A DNA stretch of 53,673 nt from Candidatus Levyibacteriota bacterium (GCA_018062815.1 JAGORM010000004.1:1-53673), one strand, 5' to 3'. Numbered from the stretch's first letter, positions 1 through 10,411 are shown. Notes: generated by a model not told the origin, from the sequence alone. Numbers and translations: made by a program.

Positions 1-2396
1 TCTGCAGGAGTTGGCTGAAGAGGCATTATATTATGAGAAGATTTATGTTCCCCTTTTATTTCAATAAATCCTGGAATCGGCTTCACAAGTGCTTCTTTTA
101 AGACTTCATCCATATGAGAAACAAAAACAAATCGTAACTCCTTCATGACTTCTTTAGGTACATCTTCCAAATCTTTTCTGTTCTCTTTTGGCAAAATTAT
201 TTTTCTAAGCCCCGCCCGATGAGCGGCAATAACCTTTTCTTTTACCCCTCCTATCTCTAAAACCCTTCCTCTCAATGTTACTTCACCTGTCATACCAACT
301 AAATGATTTACGGGTATACGTGTTAATGCAGAAACAATAGCAGTAGTAATTGCGCTTCCCGCAGACGGACCATCCTTAGGTACTGCACCCTCAGGAACGT
401 GAATATGTACATCAATTTTTTGAAAAAAGTTATCTTTTAATCCCAATTTTGTTGCGCGTGAACGAATATAGGACATAGCCGCCTGCATAGATTCCTTCAT
501 AACGTCCCCTAATTGCCCTGTGAGCATAAGCCCTCCCTTACCTGGCATAAGAGCGACTTCAATAAATAGTATATCTCCACCAACCTGTGTCCAAGCAAGA
601 CCTGTTGACATACCTACTTCATCCTTTTTTTCAGCTATAGTATCTGAAAATTTTTCAGGACCTAAGAGCTTTATTATATCGCTTGCTGAAATAATGGTTT
701 TATCCTTCTTTCCTTCCGCAACTTTTCTTGCAATTTTTCTTAGAACTGAAGAAAGTTCCCGCTCAAGCGATCTGACACCTGCCTCCCGAGTATAGCGTCT
801 TATAATATATTTTACTGCCTCATCAGATATTTCAACTTGACTTGGCTTTAACCCATGAGATTCCAATAATTTCTTAACTAAGAATTCTTTAGAAATTTTA
901 AATTTCTCATGTTCTGTGTATCCTGAAAAGTTAATTATTTCTAATCTGTCACGGAGCGCCGGAGGAATTGTGTCCAACACATTAGCGGTTGTTATAAACA
1001 TAACATCCGACAAATCAAACGGCACATCCAAATAATGGTCTGAAAATGCGTTATTTTGCTCCGGGTCTAATGCCTCAAGTAGTGCTGCTGACGGATCCCC
1101 TCTATAATCTGCTCCTACTTTATCAATTTCATCCAACATAAAGACAGGATTTTTTGTACCTGCATCTTTAATCCCTTGAATAATTCGACCAGGAAGTGCA
1201 CCTACATATGTTCTTCTGTGTCCTCTAATTTCTGCTTCATCACGAATCCCACCTAAAGATACTTTGACAAATTTACGCCCAAGAGCTTTTGCAATTGATT
1301 TTCCAATACTGGTTTTTCCAACTCCCGGAGGTCCTGAGAAACATAAAATTGGTCCCTTCATTTTTCCTGATAATTTGTGTACTGCCAAATACTCTATTAC
1401 GCGTTCCTTAGCTTTCTTGAGACCGTAATGCTCAACATCTAGAATTTTTTCTGCTTCAGACAGATCTATGGTAGTTTTAGTTTTTTTATTCCAGGGAAGT
1501 ACAACTAACGCCTCAAGATAATTTCTTATATACCCTGCTTCAGGGTTATAGGGAGTAGTTTGTTGCAATTTCTTCAATTCTTTCCGTGCCTTTTCCTCTA
1601 CCTCCTTTGGCATTCCTGCTGCCTTTATCTTATCTGATAATTCTTTAAACTCACCTGTGTCATCAGTGTCATCAAGTTCCTTTTGTATAGTTTTAAGCCT
1701 TTCTCTTAGGATTGCTTCTTTCGCACTTTTTTCAAAATTCTCTTGCGTTTTATTTGTTATCTTTTTCTCAAGTTCTAACACTTTTACTTCACGCGCTAGA
1801 AATTCAGATACCTGTTCCAGTCTTTTTTTAACACTGATAGTCTCTAGAATTTCCTGCCTCTCTGAACCCTTTATATCAAGCGTAGATGCTATCTGATCTG
1901 CCAATTCTGAGGGAGTAATCTGAGACATGATATTCATGAAAACTAAAAAATCAGCCTGCTTTCCCAAACCTAAAGCTTTCTTAAATTCCGCAATTAAATG
2001 ATTTGATAATGCCTGAAGTTGTGTAGTATCAGCTGCTTCCTCTTCTAATTCTTCAATTTTTGCAAGAAAATAACTTCCATGATCCTCGTAATATAAAATC
2101 TTAGCACGTGAAATTCCTCTAACAAGTGCGTTTAGCTCTCCTTCAGTACGTATCATTCGCTCTATGTGAGCAACCGTACCCATTGTATATAGATCATCCG
2201 GTGTTGGGTCATTCTGACGTGGGTTTTTTTGAAGCGCAAAGCAAACGATTCGTTCACCCGCAAATGCGGATTCCAGGGCTGCCAAGCTTTTTGGTCTTCC
2301 AAATGTGAGAATTGATTCAGTATGGGGGAAAACAATACCGTCGCGAATTGGGATTACAGGAATAAGTCTTTCTTTTTTACCTTTATCGTGTACCAT
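1..2396 (-). CDS. lon: ATP-dependent Lon protease; 3' end runs off the left edge of the window
   Basis: Absent from the ORF track because it is open-ended. Translating the minus strand from ATG 2396..2394 gives [25 protein letters not shown]... It has Walker [10 protein letters not shown] and the protease motif PKDGPSAG. There are 798 codons without a stop down to position 3. Confidence 0.95.
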   Translation of the reverse strand, partial: MVHDKGKKERLIPVIPIRDGIVFPHTESILTFGRPKSLAALESAFAGERIVCFALQKNPRQNDPTPDDLYTMGTVAHIERMIRTEGELNALVRGISRAKILYYEDHGSYFLAKIEELEEEAADTTQLQALSNHLIAEFKKALGLGKQADFLVFMNIMSQITPSELADQIASTLDIKGSERQEILETISVKKRLEQVSEFLAREVKVLELEKKITNKTQENFEKSAKEAILRERLKTIQKELDDTDDTGEFKELSDKIKAAGMPKEVEEKARKELKKLQQTTPYNPEAGYIRNYLEALVVLPWNKKTKTTIDLSEAEKILDVEHYGLKKAKERVIEYLAVHKLSGKMKGPILCFSGPPGVGKTSIGKSIAKALGRKFVKVSLGGIRDEAEIRGHRRTYVGALPGRIIQGIKDAGTKNPVFMLDEIDKVGADYRGDPSAALLEALDPEQNNAFSDHYLDVPFDLSDVMFITTANVLDTIPPALRDRLEIINFSGYTEHEKFKISKEFLVKKLLESHGLKPSQVEISDEAVKYIIRRYTREAGVRSLERELSSVLRKIARKVAEGKKDKTIISASDIIKLLGPEKFSDTIAEKKDEVGMSTGLAWTQVGGDILFIEVALMPGKGGLMLTGQLGDVMKESMQAAMSYIRSRATKLGLKDNFFQKIDVHIHVPEGAVPKDGPSAGSAITTAIVSALTRIPVNHLVGMTGEVTLRGRVLEIGGVKEKVIAAHRAGLRKIILPKENRKDLEDVPKEVMKELRFVFVSHMDEVLKEALVKPIPGFIEIKGEHKSSHNIMPLQPTPA

Positions 2397-2403
2397 AATC
2401 TAC

Positions 2404-2437
2404 TTAGCAGTTTATCATTCTATGTGCTAATTGTCAA
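2404..2437 (-). promoter_or_regulatory. lon promoter (TTGACA-17-TAAACT) overlapped by a CIRCE-like inverted repeat
   Basis: On the minus strand the -35 TTGACA is at 2432..2437 and the -10 TAAACT is at 2409..2414, 12 nt before the lon ATG. Plus strand 2404..2430 reads TTAGCAGTT-N9-ATGTGCTAA, against the CIRCE consensus TTAGCACTC-N9-GAGTGCTAA. The 9-9-9 spacing is exact and each arm matches 7/9. Confidence 0.55.
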
Positions 2438-2499
2438 CCCCTTTAAAATTACTTATCTGATAAAATACGTGGCTAAAACTGACAACAAACCTGGAACAA

Positions 2500-3357
2500 T
2501 TAATATCCAATTGAGCTCACTAATTTCCCAAAATTGTCATATAAATAAACAGTGTCTCCTGAATTATTCCATATAGCGCTTTCCTTTTCTGGACATTGCC
2601 AGTACACATCTGTTGCAGTATCTATGCTGCATCCTGAATGGATCTTAACACGCTTCTTTGGTCCTAACACAAAGTTTTTAAAAGTATAAGAGTTTTGAGC
2701 GCTTAAATCCTTTACTAAATAGTTTAGTAAATTGTGCTGCGATGAACAGGTATTCATAATCTCTACCCATTCTGAGTTCTTGTTTTTTGAATCATCAGCC
2801 TTTGCATCCTGCATAACTGCTGACACTTGGATACAAGAAGATACATCAGGCATACAGAGCCCCTCCCAGATTCCTAAACATTTGTCTCTTGCATAGCTCT
2901 GCGCCTGATTTAACTCTGCAGCATGCGACACATTAGGAGAAATTATTTCAACCATTGAAAGTCCTGACTTCACCATTTCATAATTTATATGAGTATCCCC
3001 AAGATATATATATTTTAATTTTCTACCGTATTGGTCAACCGCATCCTCATCAGAGACTAAATCTACGAATTTATTCATTAACAAGCTTTCCAATTTTTTC
3101 TTGGATTCTTCGTAATATGGCTGATTTTCCTCTGGTGAATTTATCCCTATGAGACGGACTCTTGTGTCATCTGCAAGAATAACCGTGTCTCCATCTACAA
3201 TATTTTTTACTTCCACATTATCAGATCCAATCCCCTTAACCGCGCTTATATTTCCTACTCCTTCCTCTTTTATATTTGTTTTTGGAATATTAAAAATAGC
3301 AATAGATGAACCCACAAGAAGAAGCAACAACGCCCAAAAACTATACGTAAATCTCAT
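2500..3357 (-). CDS. Exported thermonuclease (SNase fold) fused to a C-terminal lamin-tail domain (LTD)
   Basis: N-terminal signal/anchor MRFTYSFWALLLLLVGSSIAIF. SNase-like core DGDTVILADDTRVRLIGINSPE...DQYGRKLKYIYLGDTHINYEMVKSGLS. LTD-like tail EWVEIMNT...KDLSAQNSYTF...IWNNSGDTVYLYDNFGKLVSSIGY. Confidence 0.8.
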   Translation of the reverse strand: MRFTYSFWALLLLLVGSSIAIFNIPKTNIKEEGVGNISAVKGIGSDNVEVKNIVDGDTVILADDTRVRLIGINSPEENQPYYEESKKKLESLLMNKFVDLVSDEDAVDQYGRKLKYIYLGDTHINYEMVKSGLSMVEIISPNVSHAAELNQAQSYARDKCLGIWEGLCMPDVSSCIQVSAVMQDAKADDSKNKNSEWVEIMNTCSSQHNLLNYLVKDLSAQNSYTFKNFVLGPKKRVKIHSGCSIDTATDVYWQCPEKESAIWNNSGDTVYLYDNFGKLVSSIGY

Positions 3358-3439
3358 ATCTATTACTATACTATACCTTCATATTTCACTCAATAATCAT
3401 CTTGCATTAATTCTTTTATAATGTCTACAATATATATTA

Positions 3440-4249
3440 GTGAAAAAAATTACAATTATAATAATTTGTATTTGTGTTGTCGTTTTTACGCTTCCGTTTG
3501 TCTTTTCAGCACATGAAAGAAATGCAGCATCTATTCTAGCGAGTGCAAAAACAAAACTTACTCAAGCAACTTGGGGGAAGCCTCAAAAAACAACTGAACC
3601 TACGCCTTATGGAGATTTGAATGGTGTAAAAATTTCCGGTAAATTAACTACGAGCCAAGCAACCCTCCCGCACTTTGAAGATGCAGAAGTGTTAAATAAA
3701 TTGGGATATGTACCTGACAACTTACTATCAGCTGATGGACCGGGGTCTTCTGTGTGGGGATATAAAAAACAGAATAGCGGAAAAACTAGTATTATTCTTT
3801 ATTCATATAATACAAAACCCTCCTCAACCAAAAAAAACGAACCGCTTCAGTTTAATTGCCCCTGTACCATGACAGTCTCAGTATTTATAAGTAATAACAT
3901 AAATACCAACTCCAAGGACTCTCTCTCTAATCATTCTTCACTTGCAAACCCCGCCTCCGTTTACTGTAATAAAGTAGGAGGTACAACAGTTATACAAGCT
4001 CTTTCAAATGGGGCACAATATGGATTGTGTCAATTTGAAGATAATATGGCATGTGAAGAATGGGCTTTAATGCGAGGCGAATGTCCTGTAGGTGGAGTTA
4101 AAACAACCGGATATGATACGATGGGGCAAAGATACTGCGCTTGGCTAGGAGGAAAAACACTCGCGGTCAAAAATTCAACATGTACGCTTCCCACCGGAAA
4201 TATCTGCAGCACAGATAATCTATATAATGGAACATGCCCAGAAAGTTAA
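3440..4249 (+). CDS. Secreted protein with C-terminal DUF333 (putative hemolysin-like) Cys-rich domain, possibly duplicated
   Basis: GTG start and an N-terminal signal peptide. Motif ANPASVYCNKVGGTTV...GLCQFEDNMACEEWALMRGECP is typical of DUF333. A weaker second copy is YCAWLGGKT...CTLPTGNICS. Confidence 0.65.
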   Translation: MKKITIIIICICVVVFTLPFVFSAHERNAASILASAKTKLTQATWGKPQKTTEPTPYGDLNGVKISGKLTTSQATLPHFEDAEVLNKLGYVPDNLLSADGPGSSVWGYKKQNSGKTSIILYSYNTKPSSTKKNEPLQFNCPCTMTVSVFISNNINTNSKDSLSNHSSLANPASVYCNKVGGTTVIQALSNGAQYGLCQFEDNMACEEWALMRGECPVGGVKTTGYDTMGQRYCAWLGGKTLAVKNSTCTLPTGNICSTDNLYNGTCPES

Positions 4250-6108
4250 CTCGCTCCACCTCCGCCTCCACCACCTCCGCCTCCACCACCACCAGAAAAT
4301 CCCCCGCCACTTCCCGCACTAAAGGATGAGTTAAATGATTTTGAAAGACCTGAAAAACTTACCGCAAAGCTTGAGCTGAAATCAAAACTACCGTTTCCCA
4401 ACTGAATATTTTCTCCATTCATATTTGTTGTGTAATACCATGTAGGAGCATGCGCACCCGTTTGTGAAAGAAGTAACGGTAGATACTCTGAAACTTTTTT
4501 CGCAACTCCAAGAGCTGTTCCATACACAAGCATTTCCTCCCAAATGGTTACAGCCTGAGGAATCTCTCTCTTAAAGTGAGAGAAGTCTTTCAAGAATCTT
4601 TTAAATGATATCCACTCAAACGCCTCACGCTCAACAGGATGAGACCAGTTTAAAAAAACATTTCCTATACTAGACAAAAATATAACCCCAAAGATGATTA
4701 TAAAAGCCATAATTTCAAGAAAAACAAATCCTATCGCATTAAAATTAAGAGCCACAATAAATGATAGAAAAATGAATAACACTACGTTTGAAATAATAAA
4801 CCTCTTCCTCCAATAACTTCCTTCCTTTGTTAAAAATCCCCTTGCTTGCGCCTCATGCTTTAAGGTTTTTTTAAATTCATTGAAAAAAGTTCTTGTTTTT
4901 ACTGTGTTTAATTTCATTCCTGACACAACAGTATTAAAAGAAACAGACTGCTTATCAGATGAAAATGAAAAAACAAAATCCATTACATCTTTTTCAAACC
5001 CTAACAACTTCTTTTTAGAAGTATATTTTTTATTATCCTTATGTAGAACATATTCATACACCTTTCTTCTTCCTATTCCTAAAAATCCGTTATGCATCTT
5101 TTCAATAGCTTCTATTCTTATATACTTCCTCCTTGCCATATCAAGTAAAGTCGCAGTAAAAGAATTTGCTGAAATATTTGTATTCTGAGTAACCAACGCT
5201 TCAACTAGCGCCGGGGGAAGACTACTGGGCGGGTTGTGAATGTATTTCGGAACACCAGGAATTGAGTCCTTTCCGTATTTTTCCCATTTTTTATACCAAA
5301 ATACGATCCACCCAAAAACAAACACAGGGGAAAAAATAAGCAACACTAGCTTCAAGCGCTCTTTCATTACTGTTGTCTGTTGAAAGGATTTTTCTTCTCT
5401 CATTATAGAAGCAAGAGACTTAACTGCTCCTATAGGGCCGGAGGTTATAATGCTTGACGGAAATATCTCACGAATCTCAACAAATGTCCGCGGAGGAATA
5501 TCTGTTACAGAAAATACGGTCTCCCGGGTATTTACAATTCGCGATTTTCCATTTAAGGGACCATGAGCCCAAATATAAATCTCATTCACATTAACATCTT
5601 TGGGCAGGTAAACAGTAATAGTAGCACTGTCAGACTTTACTCCCCACGAATTACCAATTGCCTTCCAATATAGTTCAGCAATTTCCCCATATCTTATTAC
5701 TGCATTTGATAAATCGTATGAAAGTGTAAAAGTTTTTGTTTCATTACTACTCTCATGATATGCCTCCACGTGTTCCGTGTCTCCTATTCTTTGCGCAGAA
5801 TACTTATAGATAGGACGTGAATTATCCGGAGCCGTTATATATTCATATAAAAAATGTCCAGATGCGCCATCTTCAGAAATTTTTACATTTTTTATTTTTT
5901 GGTTTTTTGAAAGTGGAATGTCCCAATATATCTGGGTGAATTGTCCGTCAAAAGAAAATGTACGCTTCTCTGTAACAAAAATGCTCGAATCAGGCTTTAC
6001 GTAAATATCTATCACAATGTTTGGAAAATAAAACGACTTTGCGTATGTATTATCAGTCAGAATAAAAGAAAATAAGACTATTAACAAAAATATAAAAATT
6101 CCCTTCAT
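4246..6108 (-). CDS. DUF2207-family membrane protein with C-terminal poly-Gly tail
   Basis: 620 aa. Signal peptide, a large extracytoplasmic N-domain, central and C-terminal TM segments, and the terminal tail SAGSGGGFSGGGGGGGGGGGGGAS that is characteristic of the family. Confidence 0.75.
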   Translation of the reverse strand: MKGIFIFLLIVLFSFILTDNTYAKSFYFPNIVIDIYVKPDSSIFVTEKRTFSFDGQFTQIYWDIPLSKNQKIKNVKISEDGASGHFLYEYITAPDNSRPIYKYSAQRIGDTEHVEAYHESSNETKTFTLSYDLSNAVIRYGEIAELYWKAIGNSWGVKSDSATITVYLPKDVNVNEIYIWAHGPLNGKSRIVNTRETVFSVTDIPPRTFVEIREIFPSSIITSGPIGAVKSLASIMREEKSFQQTTVMKERLKLVLLIFSPVFVFGWIVFWYKKWEKYGKDSIPGVPKYIHNPPSSLPPALVEALVTQNTNISANSFTATLLDMARRKYIRIEAIEKMHNGFLGIGRRKVYEYVLHKDNKKYTSKKKLLGFEKDVMDFVFSFSSDKQSVSFNTVVSGMKLNTVKTRTFFNEFKKTLKHEAQARGFLTKEGSYWRKRFIISNVVLFIFLSFIVALNFNAIGFVFLEIMAFIIIFGVIFLSSIGNVFLNWSHPVEREAFEWISFKRFLKDFSHFKREIPQAVTIWEEMLVYGTALGVAKKVSEYLPLLLSQTGAHAPTWYYTTNMNGENIQLGNGSFDFSSSFAVSFSGLSKSFNSSFSAGSGGGFSGGGGGGGGGGGGGAS

Positions 6109-6248
6109 ACTTCTATTATAGTATATCTACACTACTCACAACTAAAACAAATAATCATGATAGAAAAATCGTAAAATTCTTATTTTTTTTCATTTTATTT
6201 CAAAAACTACCTATTGACAGACTTACATGTTTTAACCTAACCTAAGTT

Positions 6249-6797
6249 ATGAGAGAATTACATAAGCACTACAAAGGAATACTCCTGAGAGGAATTATTG
6301 CTGTAATATTTGGAACAATTGCTCTATTTGCTCCTGCGTTGGGATTTGAAATTATTATTCTTTATTTTGGGGCATTTGCACTCATAGATGGAATTGTTGC
6401 TTTCATTGTGGGCGTTTCTGCAAAATCATCAATACTTATATTAGAAGGAATTGTGGGGATTTTAGTTGGACTCTATGTCTTCTTCTTCACAGCTCAAGCA
6501 GTCGCAATCTTCCTGCTTCTTATCTCTATTTGGGCAATTGCAAGCGGAATTCTTGAAATTATTGCAGGGATTGAACTCAGAAAACATATTAAAAATGAAA
6601 TTTGGCTTATGTTTGTCGGAATTATCTCAATAATATTCGGAGTATTTGTCTTCATAAACCCAATTATTGCAGCACTTGCCATCACATTTGTTATTGGGAT
6701 TTACGCAATTATCTTCGGTCTATTCTTAATCGCACTTGCACAGCGAGTAAAAACGCTCACTCCTAAAAAGTCCTCCAAAAAGAAAAAGAAAAAGTAA
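6249..6797 (+). CDS. HdeD/DUF308-family membrane protein
   Basis: 182 aa with six TM-like repeats of the DUF308 type (GILLRGIIAVIFG..., ALIDGIVAFIVG...) and a Lys-rich tail. Confidence 0.7.
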   Translation: MRELHKHYKGILLRGIIAVIFGTIALFAPALGFEIIILYFGAFALIDGIVAFIVGVSAKSSILILEGIVGILVGLYVFFFTAQAVAIFLLLISIWAIASGILEIIAGIELRKHIKNEIWLMFVGIISIIFGVFVFINPIIAALAITFVIGIYAIIFGLFLIALAQRVKTLTPKKSSKKKKKK

Positions 6798-6864
6798 AGA
6801 TTCCGCGATTATTAGACAATTACTCAGAACTAGAAATTGACGTATTTAATTTTTGTTATTAATT

Positions 6865-7485
6865 CTATTTTCTATATTGATTGTTAATAACTATAAGAAT
6901 TAAACCCATCAGATACGAACCAATTAATATCTCCAAAACGTATCCAGAAACACCCATATATCCACCCGCTTTTAAAGGATTCAAGATAATATACGGATAC
7001 CAATTTGTAACTAGACCTCTCAACAACGTGTAGAGTACAAAAAGAAAAGGAAAAGATAACCATTTGTATGCATCGGAGTAGCTTATCCTTGTTTTTTGAG
7101 AAAATAAAATCCATCCCAAAAACGCTGCAATCGGAGTAATCCCATGAAGTATGATATTTACCCAAGGAAGTAACTGAATATGGCCTGCACCACCATGCAG
7201 AATTGTCCAGAAAACTACTCCGGTCATACTCATATATAAAACCGCGGGACCATAAATTAGCTTAACAATTCCTATCTTCATAGCTTTTTTCATACCCAAT
7301 ATTCCAAAAGCAAGAAAAACAAACGTAATGAGTATGTTTGAAAGAACCGTAAAATAACTGAAATATTCATTGAGCACATTTAATGAATACACAAGCGCGG
7401 TTGTAAGCGCTATTAAATCAAGAACTCCGAAGATTAAAAAATAAAGTCGGTCAGTCTTTTTATACATCATCTTTACTATATTCAT
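6865..7485 (-). CDS. Polytopic membrane protein, Pr6Pr/FAR-17a-AIG1-like
   Basis: Six predicted TM segments and the motif YFTVLSNILITFVFL. The true start is probably ATG 7470 or 7467, because TATAGT lies 4-7 nt upstream of those codons. Confidence 0.5.
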   Translation of the reverse strand: MNIVKMMYKKTDRLYFLIFGVLDLIALTTALVYSLNVLNEYFSYFTVLSNILITFVFLAFGILGMKKAMKIGIVKLIYGPAVLYMSMTGVVFWTILHGGAGHIQLLPWVNIILHGITPIAAFLGWILFSQKTRISYSDAYKWLSFPFLFVLYTLLRGLVTNWYPYIILNPLKAGGYMGVSGYVLEILIGSYLMGLILIVINNQYRK

Positions 7486-7542
7486 ATCTTCACATGTCAG
7501 TCAATACTTGCAATTTTTATGAAAATCAAATTAACTTAAGAT

Positions 7543-7815
7543 GTGTCAAAACATAAAAAGAAAAAGTATATAAATATATTTGAAAATATGCTTGGGTGGT
7601 ATGGAGCATTTGCAACACTGACCGCATATTTACTCGTAAGCTTTGGCGTACTACACCCAAGAGATTTGTCTTATCAATTGCTAAACTTATCAGGTGCTAT
7701 AGGACTTGGTGCAATTTGTTATTTTAAACGTACCTACCAACCGCTATTTGTAAATATTATATGGGCGGCAATTGCACTTCTTGCAATAATAGACATTATC
7801 TTCCTTCTGTCCTAA
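7543..7815 (+). CDS. Small 3-TM membrane protein (CBU_0592-like)
   Basis: 90 aa, GTG start. LGWYGAFATLTAYLL...YQLLNLSGAIGLG...NIIWAAIALLAI resembles that family as I remember it. TTGCAA-18-TAACTT lies 5 nt upstream. Confidence 0.5.
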   Translation: MSKHKKKKYINIFENMLGWYGAFATLTAYLLVSFGVLHPRDLSYQLLNLSGAIGLGAICYFKRTYQPLFVNIIWAAIALLAIIDIIFLLS

Positions 7816-7861
7816 GAAAAAATTATATGCCGTGCCTACTTCCAAGAATAACTAACACATA

Positions 7862-8521
7862 CTAAAATGCTTTAAGCATTATGCCTACACCTAAAATTAA
7901 GAATAAGATAAAGAGGATCATATTACTTTTTTTAATAAAAAACCCGTTAAGAGAATCTAATGTCTTTTTTAATCTATCACCAAATAGAAAAAATGCGATA
8001 ACAGGAATGAGTATACTAAAACTCGCGATAAATGAAAAAACAAATATGGCAACCACACCACTCTCTATACTTTCCGCTTTGTTATTTATCAAATCTCCAA
8101 CAGCCACATCAAGCACTGTATTTTTGGCGTTTATTGTAACAAGTGCAGTAGCAATTAAAAATGACTTTGTAGGAGTAAAGCCAGCAATTTCCCTCATCCA
8201 CTTAGGAACGGCAGGTTTTTGACCCTTTTTAGGTCTTTTTTTCCACTCATTAAAAGCAAAAAGAATAAGAATAACACCTAATACAAAGTGGAAAATACGA
8301 ACCCCAATGGGATCTCCACCCTGTGGTACACCTGATGCACCAAATAAAAAGGCGAATATAAATACATTTACGACAAGAGCTATAAACCACCCCGCAAGAA
8401 AACCTAAACTATTTGCTTTTGGTCTGTTTGATAAGAGTAAAAAAATAAGTGCAGCAATAGGCATAGGGCTTAGCGCAACTGCCACCGCATGAGGAATTAG
8501 ACTTGCATACAACGCATTCAT
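7862..8521 (-). CDS. GAP-family (DUF2910/Sap-like) membrane protein
   Basis: 219 aa and polytopic. The N-terminus LIPHAVAVALSPMPIAALIFLLLS is typical of the family. TGtTACACT lies 6 nt upstream of the ATG. Confidence 0.5.
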   Translation of the reverse strand: MNALYASLIPHAVAVALSPMPIAALIFLLLSNRPKANSLGFLAGWFIALVVNVFIFAFLFGASGVPQGGDPIGVRIFHFVLGVILILFAFNEWKKRPKKGQKPAVPKWMREIAGFTPTKSFLIATALVTINAKNTVLDVAVGDLINNKAESIESGVVAIFVFSFIASFSILIPVIAFFLFGDRLKKTLDSLNGFFIKKSNMILFILFLILGVGIMLKAF

Positions 8522-8586
8522 ATAAAAAGTGTAACAGACTCTTTATCTACTTGCAAAGATACTACTTACTATTTTACTATTAATAT

Positions 8587-9609
8587 ATGTGCACAAGTTT
8601 TAAGGTAGTAAGCGAAGACAAGGCAGTAGTCATTGGACGATCCATGGAATTTGGATATGATCTACAAAGCAAAATTCTCATTTTTCCAAGAAACTATACC
8701 TACACCGCTCAAAAACTACCAGACAAAAACATTAATCCTCTTACATGGAAAGGCAAATATGGGGTCGTAGGACTTAACGGGTTTAACCAAATAATGGTAA
8801 GTGACGGTATAAACGAGCGGGGGCTATGGATTGGGTGCTTGTACTTACCTGGATATGCAAAATACCAAACGCCAACACCTGATTTAAGCGGCAAATTAGT
8901 ATCACAAATAGACTTTGCACTCTGGGTTTTAAGTAATTTTGAAAACGTAAATGAAGTCAAAAAGGCAATATCTGATATTGCAGTTTGGGGAATGGAATTT
9001 GGAGAATTAGGAATGATTCCGCTTCACTTTCCAATTCATGATGCAAGTGGTGGCTCTATACTTGTTGAGTATACAGACGGAAAACTTCACATATTTGATA
9101 ACCCATTAGGAGTTGTCACCAACTCGCCTGATTTTACCTGGCACTTAACTAATTTAGGAAATTACGCAAATCTATCTGCAACAAATGTTCCTGGAATAAC
9201 CATCCAAGGAGAAACCATAAAGCCCATAGGGCAGGGCTCTGGAATGATAGGTCTCCCAGGAGATTTTACCCCGCCATCCCGATTTATCAGAGCAATAGCG
9301 TTATCACAATCTGCCATTCCGTCAAAAAATGCAGAAGAAGAAGTAAAAACAGCTTTTCATATACTGGGCAGTTTTGATATTCCAGTTGGATTAACTAGGG
9401 AAAAACATGGAGATAAAATATTCTATGAGGATACCCAATGGATGACCGTTTCAGACTTACAAAATAAAATCTACTACATAAAAACCTATGAAGAACCTAT
9501 TGCACAAAGAGTTGAGTTAGCAAATATTAACTTTGATAACAGTACAATAAAAACAGTAGAAATAAAAAATGCTAGTTGGTATAAAGAGTTAACTTCTGGC
9601 GCATCATAA
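8587..9609 (+). CDS. Choloylglycine hydrolase family / linear amide C-N hydrolase (Ntn hydrolase)
   Basis: The protein starts MCTSF, so Cys2 would be the N-terminal nucleophile. 340 aa with the family-typical motifs NERGLW, VTNSP and FTPPSRF. No signal peptide. Confidence 0.8.
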   Translation: MCTSFKVVSEDKAVVIGRSMEFGYDLQSKILIFPRNYTYTAQKLPDKNINPLTWKGKYGVVGLNGFNQIMVSDGINERGLWIGCLYLPGYAKYQTPTPDLSGKLVSQIDFALWVLSNFENVNEVKKAISDIAVWGMEFGELGMIPLHFPIHDASGGSILVEYTDGKLHIFDNPLGVVTNSPDFTWHLTNLGNYANLSATNVPGITIQGETIKPIGQGSGMIGLPGDFTPPSRFIRAIALSQSAIPSKNAEEEVKTAFHILGSFDIPVGLTREKHGDKIFYEDTQWMTVSDLQNKIYYIKTYEEPIAQRVELANINFDNSTIKTVEIKNASWYKELTSGAS

Positions 9610-9619
9610 GAACACTTCA

Positions 9620-10345
9620 CTAAATACTGTTTACTCCAAATATATATCCCACTGTATAGGTTACTGCCATAGCCAATACCCCACCTATAACTACCCGGAC
9701 TATTGCTTTTTTAGTGTTTGCTCCACCCACTCTTGCGCTTAAATAACCTGTTATTACTAAAGCAATTAATACTGAAACAAAAGTTATAGGTATACGAATT
9801 GACGCAGGCGGCAGAAGAATTGCTATCATAGGCAACACAGCACCCAAAAGAAAAGCAATTGCAGAAGCAAGCGCCGCGTGCCATGGGTTTGTTAAATTAT
9901 TTGGATCAATCCCCAATTCCGCATCAAAATGTGCAGCAATTGGATCTTTGGCAGTTAATTCTTCTGCTACAATTCTTGAAGTCTCCTTTGACAATCCTTT
10001 TTTTTCATAAATACTTGCTAATTCTGCCTTTTCTTGTTCTGGATAATTTTTTAATTCATATTTTTCTTTTTCAAGTAGTGCTTTTTCAGTATCTTTTGAA
10101 CTACTAACAGATACGTATTCACCCGCTGCCATAGATATTGATCCTGCTATTACTCCCGCAATACCCGCAGTCGCTATTATATCTATGGAGTTATTTGCCC
10201 CAGCAACACCCAAAACTAGTCCTGAAATTGAAACAATACCGTCATTTGCACCTAAAACAGCAGCTCTAAGCCAATTTAGCTTATGAATATGACTTATGTT
10301 ATGCGGCTCCGGATGATTTAATCCAGACTGTGTCTCTTTTTCCAT
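9620..10345 (-). CDS. VIT1/CCC1-family Fe/Mn transporter
   Basis: Motif LNWLRAAVLGANDGIVSISGLVLGVAGA plus C-terminal TM segments. I chose the start at ATG 10345 (MEKETQ...) because a perfect TATAAT lies 6 nt upstream. The track start at 10393 is a longer extension. Confidence 0.8.
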   Translation of the reverse strand: MEKETQSGLNHPEPHNISHIHKLNWLRAAVLGANDGIVSISGLVLGVAGANNSIDIIATAGIAGVIAGSISMAAGEYVSVSSSKDTEKALLEKEKYELKNYPEQEKAELASIYEKKGLSKETSRIVAEELTAKDPIAAHFDAELGIDPNNLTNPWHAALASAIAFLLGAVLPMIAILLPPASIRIPITFVSVLIALVITGYLSARVGGANTKKAIVRVVIGGVLAMAVTYTVGYIFGVNSI

Positions 10346-10411
10346 ATATAAATTATAGTATACGCTAATATTTATTAGAATGATGAAAATCACAGATAGA
10401 GGAGATTAATA

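Noticed and set aside
520-2308. Several 60-91-aa plus-strand ORFs (520..795, 1657..1896, 2126..2308).
   Set aside because: All lie inside and antisense to the open-ended lon gene, which the track does not list.
10346-10411. A possible yybP-ykoY (Mn) riboswitch upstream of the VIT1-family transporter.
   Set aside because: Only 66 nt separate it from the NUDIX gene, and a perfect TATAAT sits 6 nt from the ATG. There is no room for a ~100-nt aptamer.
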